Notes: a model not told the origin generated them from the sequence alone. A stretch of 64,000 nucleotides of DNA from Candidatus Heimdallarchaeota archaeon (GCA_019057815.1 JAHLWR010000001.1:1-64000); one strand, 5' to 3'; shown: positions 9,376-20,045, counted from the first letter of the stretch. Numbers and translations are program-made.

Positions 9376-10350
9376 ATGAGTTATTGCTTCTTAATGACCG
9401 AAAAACACTATTCAACTTTTGAAGAATATTTGAATAATATCGAATCTAACAGTCTACGGGATCTTATTTCAGAACTAGTTCAGTTGTCATTAGAAGTCAA
9501 AGGACAGATTCTTTCCTTTATGACAGGAGACAATGACTATTCTGGATCTATAAATGTTTCAGGTGATGAGCAACTAAGTCTTGACATTGCATCACACGAA
9601 CTGTTTCTCCAGAAATTACCAAAAAACCTATACTATTTGCTATTAGGTGAGGAAACTACGCCAGAAAATATCACAGAAGGAACAGGTGAATACATAGTAT
9701 TAGGAGATTTTATAGACGGCTCGTCTATAGTTAGAAGTCGAGGTCCAGGCGGAATCGTTAACATTATAGATAAAAATGGTACAATTCAAGCTGCTTTAAC
9801 AACAAGTTATATAGTTTTCACCCGTTTTGATTTAGCAACAGAAGCAGGATATATACAATTCATCCATGATGGTACTAACTTCCGTGTTTTGAAAGATAAT
9901 CTAAATATTAGTCCTTCTAAAAAACCTGTATATGGTTTTGGAGGTTCATATGATCAATATTCTAAACCCCAAAAACAATTCACTGATGGCGTTAGAAAAA
10001 AAGCTAAACTGCGTTATGGTGGATGTTTAGTACAAGATATGAATAACATCTTTGACAAAACAGGAGTTTTTGGATATTTCGCACCCAAACTAAGACTTGT
10101 CTATGAAATTTTACCTTATCTATACATTCTCTCTAAAATAGGCGGGAAAGGTTGTTACATTACAAAAGAAAACAAATCTGTAACTTTAGCTGAAGCTCCA
10201 CTCTTAGATGTTGATAAATTAACAGATATGGAATATCTTCACCGCAAAGTAGGGTTTGTTGGAGGATCAAAAGATCTTGTGTACATATGGCTCGATATAA
10301 CCAGTATTGAGAATTCTTATCTACCTCCTGAAGAACAAGAAGAAAATTAA
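9376..10350 (+). CDS. fbp: Fructose-1,6-bisphosphatase class I (divergent)
   Basis: N.SGDEQL.LD, EE, DFIDGSS, RYGGCLVQD and KLRLVYE motifs. Confidence 0.82.
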   Translation: MSYCFLMTEKHYSTFEEYLNNIESNSLRDLISELVQLSLEVKGQILSFMTGDNDYSGSINVSGDEQLSLDIASHELFLQKLPKNLYYLLLGEETTPENITEGTGEYIVLGDFIDGSSIVRSRGPGGIVNIIDKNGTIQAALTTSYIVFTRFDLATEAGYIQFIHDGTNFRVLKDNLNISPSKKPVYGFGGSYDQYSKPQKQFTDGVRKKAKLRYGGCLVQDMNNIFDKTGVFGYFAPKLRLVYEILPYLYILSKIGGKGCYITKENKSVTLAEAPLLDVDKLTDMEYLHRKVGFVGGSKDLVYIWLDITSIENSYLPPEEQEEN

Positions 10351-10366
10351 TTCCCTTAAGGGAATT
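10349..10366. terminator. Perfect palindrome between convergent fbp and fba, possible bidirectional terminator
   Basis: aattcccttaagggaatt followed by a T-run. Confidence 0.5.
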
Positions 10367-10368
10367 TT

Positions 10369-11538
10369 TTAATAAGTTTTTTCAAGATTGTTCTGGGTTA
10401 CGTATTTATAGCAAGCTGTTGCTGTATCTTTCATTTTAAGAGCATCAATAAATTTATTCATTTCTTCTTCTGCTTTTTTAATGATTGTATCTTTTGAATT
10501 CTCACTGATACCTTCTACTTCGTTGAAGAACGGCTTCCAAGCTAATTTCGAGTGTTTTTCAAACGTTTTGTGTTTATCAACATCAGACTCTCCAAAAGTT
10601 TCGAGTACCCAATAGCGCATTTTTTTGTAAAGAGCAGGTTCATACTCCTCTAACACGGAATAAACTAGTCGTTGCCAGTGTGTTCCAATATTTCCCTTTG
10701 CTACTATACCATGAGGAAATGTTGAAGCTATAACTTCAACAGGAGTACCAGTTATTCCATGTTGAGCTATTTTTGTTCCAATTCCATATTCTTTCAATGC
10801 TTCTACTATTTCTACAGTTCTTTGTACATTAATACCTAACTGTGGAATGACGTTTCCTTCAGTATCAATACTTACTCCATGTGTAGATCCATTTGCAATG
10901 GCAAGATAATCTAGGCTCACATTGTTCTCTGATAAAGTTTTGACATAGTGAAAAGCCTCTTCCACTGTTGTAAACTCTGTAATACCTATTTCACCTACTT
11001 CTCCTTCTAGACCATAAGGTCTGCTACCCATTTTTTCTTTAATAAAGTCGAATAAAATCAATCCTTTTTGGATTATAGAGTTTAATTGCCCTTGAACAGT
11101 TCTTTCATCACGATTAAACAAAAAAGAAGTATCTACAGCGTAACCAGTAAAATTAGCATCAATTCTAGCAGCAATTTCCTTTTTCACATTTTCAACTTCT
11201 TCATCAGTGCCTTTTTTTACAGTTAGATGATCAGCATGAAGAGCATATGCAAACCATTTCTCTTTTTCAGCAGCTGATTTAACTCTATCAGCAAACGTTT
11301 GAGGAGTATAGCCGGTATAACCTCCAGAAATTGACATTTCACTCAAAGCTAACTCCATAATCACAATTGCTCGAGAGTTTTTAGCTGCCCTGAGGATTCC
11401 ACGAATTACTTCTTCTGTAGCTCGAGGGTTTAATGCAGCTATTATAGTTTTCATCTTACTTACACCCTTCGTTAAATAATTTAAAGGAAAAGGATTTCTT
11501 GTCTCTTCAAAATAACTTACAACCTCATTTTTACTCAT
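10369..11538 (-). CDS. fba: Class II fructose-bisphosphate aldolase
   Basis: LHADH, VDTS, EGEVGEIG, AIANGSTHG, AQHGITG and KGNIGT motifs. Confidence 0.88.
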   Translation of the reverse strand: MSKNEVVSYFEETRNPFPLNYLTKGVSKMKTIIAALNPRATEEVIRGILRAAKNSRAIVIMELALSEMSISGGYTGYTPQTFADRVKSAAEKEKWFAYALHADHLTVKKGTDEEVENVKKEIAARIDANFTGYAVDTSFLFNRDERTVQGQLNSIIQKGLILFDFIKEKMGSRPYGLEGEVGEIGITEFTTVEEAFHYVKTLSENNVSLDYLAIANGSTHGVSIDTEGNVIPQLGINVQRTVEIVEALKEYGIGTKIAQHGITGTPVEVIASTFPHGIVAKGNIGTHWQRLVYSVLEEYEPALYKKMRYWVLETFGESDVDKHKTFEKHSKLAWKPFFNEVEGISENSKDTIIKKAEEEMNKFIDALKMKDTATACYKYVTQNNLEKTY

Positions 11539-11674
11539 TAACGATACACCTACTTAGAGAGATGAGAAATCAATTAAGAAGTTTTCTCAACCTCTATATG
11601 CACTGAGTATAATCTTTAGTCATCCCTGTTCATATTCAGAATCTGCAAAGTATTTTAGACATTTAACTGTTGAT

Positions 11675-13008
11675 AGCAGAAGTCCCCTTACTTTAGGGAG
11701 GGGATGAATGCTAGATGGTTTACTTTAGTATAAACTCAGCTTTTTATACTGAAAAAAGAACTATGAGAATGGACTAATGCTAACATACAAAGTGCAACTG
11801 TACCCTAATAAACAGCAGCAAGCAAAACTTGTTGAACAGTTGGATATTTGTAGAAAACTCTATAATAAGCTACTAGAAGAGTGCAAGAAAGCGCGAGAGA
11901 AGGGAGAAAAACTCACACAAATCAAAACTCAATCTTTTATAGTTTGGCTAAAAAACAACTCTATGCCAGAATTGAAAGGAGTTTATTCTAAAGTTTTACA
12001 GATGGTCAATTACACTCTATGGGCAAATATCAAGAGTCTATCAAAGTTAAAAAAGAGTGGACGTAAAATAGGTCACTTGAGGTTCAAAGGAAAGGGATGG
12101 TACAAAACTATCAATTATAACCAGAGCGGGTTCAAGATAGATGAACACAAAAACAAGCTAATCTTCTCTAAAATAGGAACTATCAATTGTAGAGGACTAG
12201 ATAATAGAGTAAGGAAAAACAAAATTAAAGGGATAATTCTCAAACGTTCTCAAACAGGTAGATGGTTCGCAACTATACAAATAGAAAATACCCCACTGGT
12301 TCTTCCTAAAACCAATAAAAGCGTAGGAATAGATGTTGGTGTTTCTTCGTTTATCGTCGATTCTGATGGGAGAAGCGTAGAGAACCCTAAGAATATAGAC
12401 AAACAATTAAAGAAAATCAAAGTCAAACAACAGACTCTTGCTCGTAAAAAGAAGGGTTCAAAGAACTGGTTAAAAGCCAAGTTACAATTAGCTAAACTTT
12501 TGGCACAAGTTACTAACCAACGTAAAGATTTTTTGCATAAAGTCTCCAGATTTTATGTTAATATTTATGACTTTGTCTGTGTAGAAGACTTGAATATTAT
12601 AGCACTATCACAGAAGGGTAATAAAAATAATAAGCGGTCACGCACTCTTCATCGTCACATTTTAGACGCTTCGTGGGGACAGTTCTTCAACTATTTATCT
12701 TATAAAGCTGTCAATGCTGATAAAAAAGTAGTTAAAGTTCATCCTAAAGGTACTACTCAAGAATGTTCTAGATGTGGAAGAATAGTTAAGAAAAACCTTT
12801 CAACCAGAATACACTTCTGTCCTTATTGTAACTTAGAGCTAGACCGTGATTATAACGCTTCAATCAACATTTTGAAGAGGGGTACGGGATGTTCCTCTAT
12901 ACTTGTGGAGAATAGACCTCTGGTCATTATCAGCGCTTCTGCTATTGTTAGTGGTCAAGTCTTTTCTATGAATCAAGCAACTCCTTCCTTAAGGTAGGAG
13001 TAGTTCAT
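11675..13008 (+). mobile_element. IS200/IS605-family TnpB-only element (IS1341-like), copy 1
   Basis: Left hairpin end (agcagaagtccccttactttagggaggggatgaatgc) and right end (..gtaggagtagttcat) shared with copy 2; no tnpA. Confidence 0.85.
11777..12997 (+). CDS. tnpB: RNA-guided endonuclease TnpB
   Basis: N-terminal YKVQLYP HTH region; RuvC GIDVG / VEDL / DRDYNAS; CSRC..CPYC zinc finger. Confidence 0.95.
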   Translation: MLTYKVQLYPNKQQQAKLVEQLDICRKLYNKLLEECKKAREKGEKLTQIKTQSFIVWLKNNSMPELKGVYSKVLQMVNYTLWANIKSLSKLKKSGRKIGHLRFKGKGWYKTINYNQSGFKIDEHKNKLIFSKIGTINCRGLDNRVRKNKIKGIILKRSQTGRWFATIQIENTPLVLPKTNKSVGIDVGVSSFIVDSDGRSVENPKNIDKQLKKIKVKQQTLARKKKGSKNWLKAKLQLAKLLAQVTNQRKDFLHKVSRFYVNIYDFVCVEDLNIIALSQKGNKNNKRSRTLHRHILDASWGQFFNYLSYKAVNADKKVVKVHPKGTTQECSRCGRIVKKNLSTRIHFCPYCNLELDRDYNASINILKRGTGCSSILVENRPLVIISASAIVSGQVFSMNQATPSLR

Positions 13009-13151
13009 TAAGAGCGTATATCTTATCTAATTATAGGAAGATGGCTTAATATGTTTACTGATTTCAAGATTTCGTATAATACTCTCTTATCCAACTAACT
13101 ATTCATCTGGTAGAAGATATTATGAATATAAGAAGAAAAGAGAAAAGGAGA

Positions 13152-15233
13152 TTAGATTGAAAATATTGCTACAACTGGCTTATGGTCAGAAGAAATTGCT
13201 TCCGTTATTACTTCACAATCAATGCAGATAATGTTTTTATAGAATATGTAATCAATTCGAATAAACTCACCTGCATCCTCTGCGGTTACACCATCAAAAC
13301 CAGTACCATTTACTCCTGAAGGATAGATGGACAACCAAGAATCATTAAACAATGTTCTAATAATAACATATTCTTCCAAATTTGGGATAGTATTGAAATC
13401 ACCAATTAAAAGATCAGCGTCTGAAGCATGAGGGGAATTAATAATGGTGGTTGACTGATTAATTCTATTATCTAAACTATCTGCATTAGTTTGATCATAG
13501 CTTAAGTGGGCAACAATTACATTAATTTCTTTGTTACCTAAATCTATTGTTGCAGATAAATACACTTTGTTATCAGTTGAGGAAGGCAATGATATTACAC
13601 TAGCTTCTGTAATTGGAAAACGAGACAGTAAAGCTAAACCATTATTTGTTTCAGATATTGAAGGAACCTGATAGAAATAATAATTAAGTTTCGTTGCTAA
13701 ATATCTTACAATATCCGAATTTAAATTGGTAATTCTTCCAGTTTGTGTTTCTTGCAACCCTATAATATCGGCATTGATCTCTAATAAGACGCTATAGACT
13801 GTTTCGTAGTTAAATTCTCCTTCTTCATTGAATCCTTGAAAGATATTATAAGTACATACTTTTATTGTTGAAGGCGCTGTTTCTACAGATGTCAACTTTG
13901 GTTGATTAAGAGAAGTTGCGAAAATCATACCTATAAGTAGAAATCCAATGAATATAGTATTCAATTTAATATTACTCTTCAGTTTAATCACTTGACTCTT
14001 TTTCCAAATAAGTACTAATGATAATAAAGCAATTATTGCTGGTAAAGCAATAAAAAGGGGGTATGTATTCTTAAGCAAAGATCCTATAGCTTTAGGTACA
14101 TAAGCAAAATTGAAAGCAAATGTTTGGAGAAGATACAAGAGTAAACCTATAAATGTTGATAAAGCAAATGCACCTATCCATTTCTTTCGGTTTCTTAGAT
14201 ATTTAAATGAATCAAGGGCAATAGAATCAAATAGTATTAACAATATAGGTAGAGAAATGAGACTAAGATAAAGGAAAACTCTGTGTTCTAGAAATACAAA
14301 TAGTACTATTAAGGATAATCCAACAAAGCTTATAGCCATTGTATAGCCTTTATGTAGTTTACTGAAAATCTTTTCATGTAGCATCTTTCTTGTTAGAAAT
14401 ATTCCTGCTAATAATGCAAATTCTAACCAAGTAATAAGCCAGAATTCTGTACTACCTGTACTAAACGTGTCAATTTTCCATCTTTGTTGCAAATTTGGAA
14501 AAATAAGCAAAGTCGAGACTAACATGATGAGAGAGACGATTGTAATAGATAAGACAAATAATGGAAAGAATTTGACAGATGTATCTTTTTCGTTAACAAT
14601 AATCTCATCTTTAATCTCATCTTTACTTTCTGCAAATTTGTCAGTTAAATTCATTGCAATAAATGCAATGGCTCCAACAACAACTAATACGATTGAACCG
14701 ATTAGTGTCAAAGTAATATCAAAAGTATTACCTATCATACGAAGAACTAGATCTATCATCAAAGCTAGAATGAATGAACTACCAATGTTTTTGAAAACCA
14801 TTTTTCTTTTGTTTTGAAATAATAAAGTTACCCATATTAAGAGAAAAGCTACACCTAGCGAAGAAATGATTAAGGTAATCATAGGTAGGATATCAAAGAC
14901 TAAAACTAATCTACAAACTAATGCTAAAATTGGAGTGACAATAAAAGTATGTTTATCGAATTTCTTAGGAATTATGTACAGGATTAGCGGTGTTAAAAAG
15001 CATAAAGTAAAAATGAAGCTGACAAAATTCAATTTACCTACACCTAGATTAAGGTAGAAAACGTAAGAAAAGAAATAACGCAGAAACTGTAATAACAATA
15101 ACCAACTGATTGCAAGACCGATTAATGTTGAAAACCTGAAATAACTATCTTTTTTTGTCACAAATAGTAAGTATACTAACGCTTTTATATAAAATTTATC
15201 ATTTTCATTTCTTATTTTTAGTCTAATAATCAA
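13152..15233 (-). CDS. Polytopic membrane protein with C-terminal EEP (endonuclease/exonuclease/phosphatase) domain, CWH43/PGAP2IP-like
   Basis: About a dozen hydrophobic segments followed by TYNI, DIIGLQE, LLSRFPI, GDFN, RIDYIF and SDHKPV motifs. Confidence 0.82.
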   Translation of the reverse strand: MIIRLKIRNENDKFYIKALVYLLFVTKKDSYFRFSTLIGLAISWLLLLQFLRYFFSYVFYLNLGVGKLNFVSFIFTLCFLTPLILYIIPKKFDKHTFIVTPILALVCRLVLVFDILPMITLIISSLGVAFLLIWVTLLFQNKRKMVFKNIGSSFILALMIDLVLRMIGNTFDITLTLIGSIVLVVVGAIAFIAMNLTDKFAESKDEIKDEIIVNEKDTSVKFFPLFVLSITIVSLIMLVSTLLIFPNLQQRWKIDTFSTGSTEFWLITWLEFALLAGIFLTRKMLHEKIFSKLHKGYTMAISFVGLSLIVLFVFLEHRVFLYLSLISLPILLILFDSIALDSFKYLRNRKKWIGAFALSTFIGLLLYLLQTFAFNFAYVPKAIGSLLKNTYPLFIALPAIIALLSLVLIWKKSQVIKLKSNIKLNTIFIGFLLIGMIFATSLNQPKLTSVETAPSTIKVCTYNIFQGFNEEGEFNYETVYSVLLEINADIIGLQETQTGRITNLNSDIVRYLATKLNYYFYQVPSISETNNGLALLSRFPITEASVISLPSSTDNKVYLSATIDLGNKEINVIVAHLSYDQTNADSLDNRINQSTTIINSPHASDADLLIGDFNTIPNLEEYVIIRTLFNDSWLSIYPSGVNGTGFDGVTAEDAGEFIRIDYIFYKNIICIDCEVITEAISSDHKPVVAIFSI

Positions 15234-15548
15234 CTGTTTTTCATTTTCTCCTTTCCTTTTTATTGTAAGAGAAGAAGGAATATCTCCAATTTCTCATTCT
15301 AGTTTCTTAATTCCTATTCCCTTTATTGTTACTAAATCTTCTGGGGAAGATTGAGTTCTCTAGTATAAATAGTGATTTTTTTGTAGAAAGTTTGCAAAAT
15401 TCATCAAGAAATTCAAATTCAGAGAGATAATTTTTATTGATAAGAAAAAAGTAGATTGAAGGTTGATTGGATAATAATTTTTGTGAATCCACATACTTTT
15501 TATTCATTGATGATTGTATTTTTTTTGAATATTTAGAAGGAATTAGAA

Positions 15549-16553
15549 ATGAAATACAGAAAAGTTGGAAAATCAGGATTGAAAGTTAGTGAACTCTCTA
15601 TTGGTTCATGGTTAACTTATGGAGGGTCGGTAGAGAATGAAACCGCAATAAAATGCTTAGAAACAGCTGTTGAAAACGGGATTAATTTTATAGATTCAGC
15701 CGAGATATATGTAAAAGGAGGTGCAGAAAAGGTAATTGCTGAATTCCTAGCCAATGAAACATTCGTCAGAAAAGATTTAGTTATTTCAAGTAAAGTTTTC
15801 TGGTCAATGAATAATGATGATATCAATAGATGGGGTTTAAGTCGAAAGAACATTACAAACGCAATAGAGGGCACTCTAGAACGACTCAATACGGATTATA
15901 TTGACATTTATTTTATGCATCGCTATGATTATATGACACCTTTGAAGGAGACTATTGAGAAACTCGATGATCTTATTCGAGATGGTGATGTTCATTACTG
16001 GGGAACTAGTGTTTGGACAGCTGCTCAACTCGAACGTGTCAATGCTATAGCAAGAGATTTGCGAGCTCACAAACCTATCGTAGAACAACCTATGTACAAC
16101 ATGTTTTTTAGACACATTGAATTAGAAATCATGTCAGTAGCAAAAAAGCATGGCATGGGATTCACAGTATGGAGCCCATTAGCTCAAGGATTGTTGTCTG
16201 GCAAATATAATGATGGTCAAATTCCAGAAGGAAGTCGAGGAGAGAGTTCACAATCGATTCAGAAAAACCTAACAAAAGAAAAAATTGCTAAACTTCAGAA
16301 ACTAGCTGAAATTGCATCATCACTCAGTATAAAAATGAGTCAACTAGCACTTGCGTGGATTCTAAGAAGAGACGAAATATCAACCGCTATCTTAGGTGCA
16401 TCAAAACCCGAATATATTACTGAAAACATTAAAGCTTCAGATATAGTCCTATCAAAGGATATTCTTAAACAGATAGAAGAAATATTAGACAATAAACCAG
16501 AATGGCCACTAACATATGAACCAAACATATACCATAAAGAAAAGATGCGATAA
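15549..16553 (+). CDS. Aldo/keto reductase (Kv-beta-like subfamily)
   Basis: GKSGLKVS..GSW.T, DSAE.Y, SSKVFW and WSPLAQGLLSGKY motifs. Confidence 0.93.
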   Translation: MKYRKVGKSGLKVSELSIGSWLTYGGSVENETAIKCLETAVENGINFIDSAEIYVKGGAEKVIAEFLANETFVRKDLVISSKVFWSMNNDDINRWGLSRKNITNAIEGTLERLNTDYIDIYFMHRYDYMTPLKETIEKLDDLIRDGDVHYWGTSVWTAAQLERVNAIARDLRAHKPIVEQPMYNMFFRHIELEIMSVAKKHGMGFTVWSPLAQGLLSGKYNDGQIPEGSRGESSQSIQKNLTKEKIAKLQKLAEIASSLSIKMSQLALAWILRRDEISTAILGASKPEYITENIKASDIVLSKDILKQIEEILDNKPEWPLTYEPNIYHKEKMR

Positions 16554-16631
16554 TCTTCAGTTTACTTACCTTTCGATAGCAGATTATAACAATTTTGACA
16601 CACAAAAATATCTAAAAATAAAATAAAGAGA

Positions 16632-16652
16632 TTGCTTTTTAAAAAAAAGCAA
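16632..16652. terminator. Inverted repeat between convergent genes
   Basis: ttgcttttt...aaaaagcaa with an A-run after it. Confidence 0.4.
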
Positions 16653-16657
16653 AAAAA

Positions 16658-17902
16658 CTAGAATTTATCTGTGTCTTCTTTTGCCCACTCTTCTGGATCA
16701 TAAGCAGGAGGCATACATCTCAAGGGTTTATCCTCATAATAACCTAGTTCATAACGTGCTTGGATAATTTTCTGAATTTCGTTACTTCCTTCATAAATGG
16801 TTGCTCCACGGACATTGCGGTAAATTCGAGCAACAGGATAATCATCACAGAAACCGTAAGCTCCGTGAATCTGAATAGCACGATCAGCGCACCGAACAGC
16901 AGCATTAGTTGCATACCATTTGGATAAAGCAGTTTCACGAGTGTTAATCTTACCTTGGTTTTTAACCCAACCACATTTCCAGACTAGGAGCTCTGATGCC
17001 TCTATATCAGCTACACTATTGGCAATCATCCCTTGAATGAACTGATGCTGTCCAATTTTCTTTCCAAAAGTTTCACGCTCATTTGCATATTTCACTGATG
17101 CCTCTAACGCTGCTTTAGCTCCTCCAACAGCACCAGCTCCTACTGTGTATCTTCCCCAATCTAATGCAGACATTGCAACTTTGAATCCTTCTTCAGGTAA
17201 ACCAAGAAGATTTTCTTTAGGTACTGGAGTATTATCTAGATGAATCCAACCAGTTTCACCAGCTTTTACACCCATTTTATGATCTATATTGTCAGTGGTG
17301 ATACCGCCAAAATCACGTTCAACAATAAATGCTCTCATTCCTTTATGGCGAACATTTTCTTCATAAGCGAATATTAAGAAGATATCAGAAGACACTGTAT
17401 ATGAAATCCACATCTTTTCACCATTTATAATCCATTCATCACCTTCTAATCGACATTTAGATATTAAGGCAGCTGGATCACTTCCTGCTGATGCCTCTGT
17501 TAAACCGTAAGTGCTCATTTTTTCCCCTGTAGCCAACATTGGAAGATATTTCTTCTTTTGCTCCATGTCACCCCATTGCCAGATTGTAGAGGTACATAAA
17601 CCATTATGGACACTTAAAATAACTCTGAAAGATGTATCAACCCTTTCCAACTCTTCACATGCTATTGCTAGTGCAATGTAATCCAATCCTCCTCCACCGT
17701 ATTTGACAGGGATGCTTAAACCCAATATTCCTTGTTCAGCCATTTTTTTGAGAATAGGTCTATGAAAAACGTGAGATTGGTCCCATTCTTTAACATAAGG
17801 AGCTATCTCAGTTTCTGCGAATTCTCTTACACTCTGTCTTACCATTTTGTGTGTTTCAGATAGTTCAAAGTGTGGTCCTATTTCACTTAACCCTTCATAC
17901 AT
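16658..17902 (-). CDS. Acyl-CoA dehydrogenase
   Basis: GLTEASAGSD, NGEKMWI, RETFGK.I, IQIHGAYG and IYEGSNEIQ motifs. Confidence 0.95.
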   Translation of the reverse strand: MYEGLSEIGPHFELSETHKMVRQSVREFAETEIAPYVKEWDQSHVFHRPILKKMAEQGILGLSIPVKYGGGGLDYIALAIACEELERVDTSFRVILSVHNGLCTSTIWQWGDMEQKKKYLPMLATGEKMSTYGLTEASAGSDPAALISKCRLEGDEWIINGEKMWISYTVSSDIFLIFAYEENVRHKGMRAFIVERDFGGITTDNIDHKMGVKAGETGWIHLDNTPVPKENLLGLPEEGFKVAMSALDWGRYTVGAGAVGGAKAALEASVKYANERETFGKKIGQHQFIQGMIANSVADIEASELLVWKCGWVKNQGKINTRETALSKWYATNAAVRCADRAIQIHGAYGFCDDYPVARIYRNVRGATIYEGSNEIQKIIQARYELGYYEDKPLRCMPPAYDPEEWAKEDTDKF

Positions 17903-18097
17903 TATTTACATCACCAAAATTTCTAATCATAACTGATAAAGGGAGAGCGGTTTTTAAAAGTAGTGCAAACTCGCTTCAAAAATGAATTGTAGGAGTTTAT
18001 TCTAGAAGAATCCTATAGATAAGTTGAGTATCTCTTTTCGATTTCATTTTTTTGGTAGTTTTATTCTAATTGTTCAATAATTAGCTAAAATACCTCT

Positions 18098-18517
18098 TCA
18101 TGCTTTTTTAACAAGCTCAATAAAGAAGTCCTCTGATAAAATACTAGATTCTGAAGATACTAAACTCCATTTCCCAGATTTTATAATCTTTATTGCACCC
18201 ACTTCAACTAATTCATTAATATGATGAGAGACTGTGGACTGTGAGAGACCTAGTATATGTTCAATCTCACAAGCACAACGAATCCCTTTCATAATTAACC
18301 ATAAAATAAGAAGTCTATTCTTGTTACCAAGGGCTTTGAAAAGCTTCAAATAACTGTTTAGCTTGCTATCTTTTTTTTTCTTTTCTAGCATTCGTTCAAG
18401 TTTTTCTAATAGTAATAACCGTTCATCTACTTTGATATCTATAATATCTTGATCCCTCAGAATGGTTAATTTTTCTTTCAATGCTTCTATGGATTTAGAT
18501 TGTGAAGTATTTGTCAT
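18098..18517 (-). CDS. arsR: ArsR/SmtB family transcriptional regulator
   Basis: FKALG..NRL.IL and CACEI..LGLSQSTVSHH motifs; divergent from the permease. Confidence 0.88.
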   Translation of the reverse strand: MTNTSQSKSIEALKEKLTILRDQDIIDIKVDERLLLLEKLERMLEKKKKDSKLNSYLKLFKALGNKNRLLILWLIMKGIRCACEIEHILGLSQSTVSHHINELVEVGAIKIIKSGKWSLVSSESSILSEDFFIELVKKA

Positions 18518-18598
18518 TTCTCATTTTAACATGAATATCTTATGAAATAAAGGTTTTTCTTTTCACTCTAATCAAACAGCTAAAACAAAAAGTTTTTT

Positions 18599-18618
18599 AT
18601 ATCGAATATTTTCGATAT
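18599..18618. promoter_or_regulatory. Putative ArsR operator (8-4-8 palindrome)
   Basis: atatcgaa-tatt-ttcgatat, 15 bp upstream of the permease start in the divergent intergenic region. Confidence 0.7.
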
Positions 18619-18633
18619 GATATAAACAGAGGA

Positions 18634-20031
18634 ATGATAATGGTTTCTGTATTCTGGGCAAAAGTATTAGAGATGCTTCTCGGAGGAGTCTATTCTCTTG
18701 CAGATTATTTGTCGTTACACGTTCTATTATGTTTGATACCGGCGTTCTTTATAGCAGGAGCTATGATAGTTTTCGTTCCTAAAGACACAATTGTAAAATA
18801 TATGGGGAAGGATTCAAAAAGGATAATTTCGTATCCAGTCGCGGCCATTTCAGGTCTACTCTTAGCAGTCTGTTCATGTACAGTTTTACCGCTCTTTGCA
18901 GGAATTAAGAAAAAAGGAGCGGGTTTAGGACCCGCTATAACATTTCTATTTGCAGCTCCAGCAGTAAACATTTTAGCCTTAACATATACAGGAGCACTAA
19001 TTGGAATGGATATAGCAATAGCTAGAGCTATTCTTGCGCTAGTTTTTGCTATTCTTATTGGTCTCATAATGGAGCTAATCTTTAAGGAGAGGAAGAAAGA
19101 AAAGGAAGGGGAGATAATAGAACCAACAGGAACAGAAAATCTTGAAGGCTCTGAAAGTACAGAAATAAGAGAAGATGAAAGTTCAAAATCATTAATAATG
19201 TTAAAAGTAGTTCTAGTGTCGTTCTTATTACTTATAGGTGTTCTTATTGCTTTCCTAAATAAAAGTAATCTAGAATCTATCAATGTGAGAAATCCACTAA
19301 TTATTCAAACTATATTGTGGGTAACGGGAGTAATATTACTTGTGATGATTTTTTTTGTTCTCAAGAATTCTAAAATCAACCTATTCTTGGGTCTTCTTTA
19401 TCTACTCTTTACAGGAACATCACAAATAAGTTATTTCTCGATAAGTAATTCTGAAACTGAACCAGAAATTATGCGTTCTTTTGAATATTTCAAATCTGAA
19501 GCATTCAGAGTTGATTTGGCTAACATGGTTATAAAGGCAGTTTTTTCTTTGATTATAGCAATAATTCTTGGAATCTATCTTTTTAAGAAATTTGAGAAAG
19601 AAGATAGAAAGAGTTGGATGCGTGAAACATGGATATTTGTAAAACAGATTTTACCTTTTCTTATAATAGGAGTGTTTTTAGCTGGATTTTTAGCTGTTTT
19701 AATCCCAAAGGAGTTTATTCAGAATCTTGTTGGAGAAAATACTGTCATAGCAAATTTAATTGGGGTTTCATTTGGAGTTGTAGCTTATTTTCCAACATTA
19801 ATGGAAGTACCAATTGCTAAAATGTTTTTAGAATTGGGAATGTCAAGGGGAGTATTATTAGCTTATTTGCTTGCAGATCCTGAACTTTCTATACAAAGCA
19901 TTCTGGTAACAAGGAAATTCATAGGAGATAAGAAAAATATAACATATGTTCTGCTTGTAATTATTTTTACAGTTATAGCAGGATTATTGTTCGGGTTATT
20001 TATATCAGGAGAATCAATCAAATTCATATAA
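18634..20031 (+). CDS. ArsP/DUF318 family permease
   Basis: HVLLCLIPAFFIAGA, LAVCSCTVLPLF and YFPTL.EVPI motifs; sits between ArsR and a small thioredoxin. Confidence 0.88.
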   Translation: MIMVSVFWAKVLEMLLGGVYSLADYLSLHVLLCLIPAFFIAGAMIVFVPKDTIVKYMGKDSKRIISYPVAAISGLLLAVCSCTVLPLFAGIKKKGAGLGPAITFLFAAPAVNILALTYTGALIGMDIAIARAILALVFAILIGLIMELIFKERKKEKEGEIIEPTGTENLEGSESTEIREDESSKSLIMLKVVLVSFLLLIGVLIAFLNKSNLESINVRNPLIIQTILWVTGVILLVMIFFVLKNSKINLFLGLLYLLFTGTSQISYFSISNSETEPEIMRSFEYFKSEAFRVDLANMVIKAVFSLIIAIILGIYLFKKFEKEDRKSWMRETWIFVKQILPFLIIGVFLAGFLAVLIPKEFIQNLVGENTVIANLIGVSFGVVAYFPTLMEVPIAKMFLELGMSRGVLLAYLLADPELSIQSILVTRKFIGDKKNITYVLLVIIFTVIAGLLFGLFISGESIKFI

Positions 20032-20045
20032 AAAAGGTAGACAAC

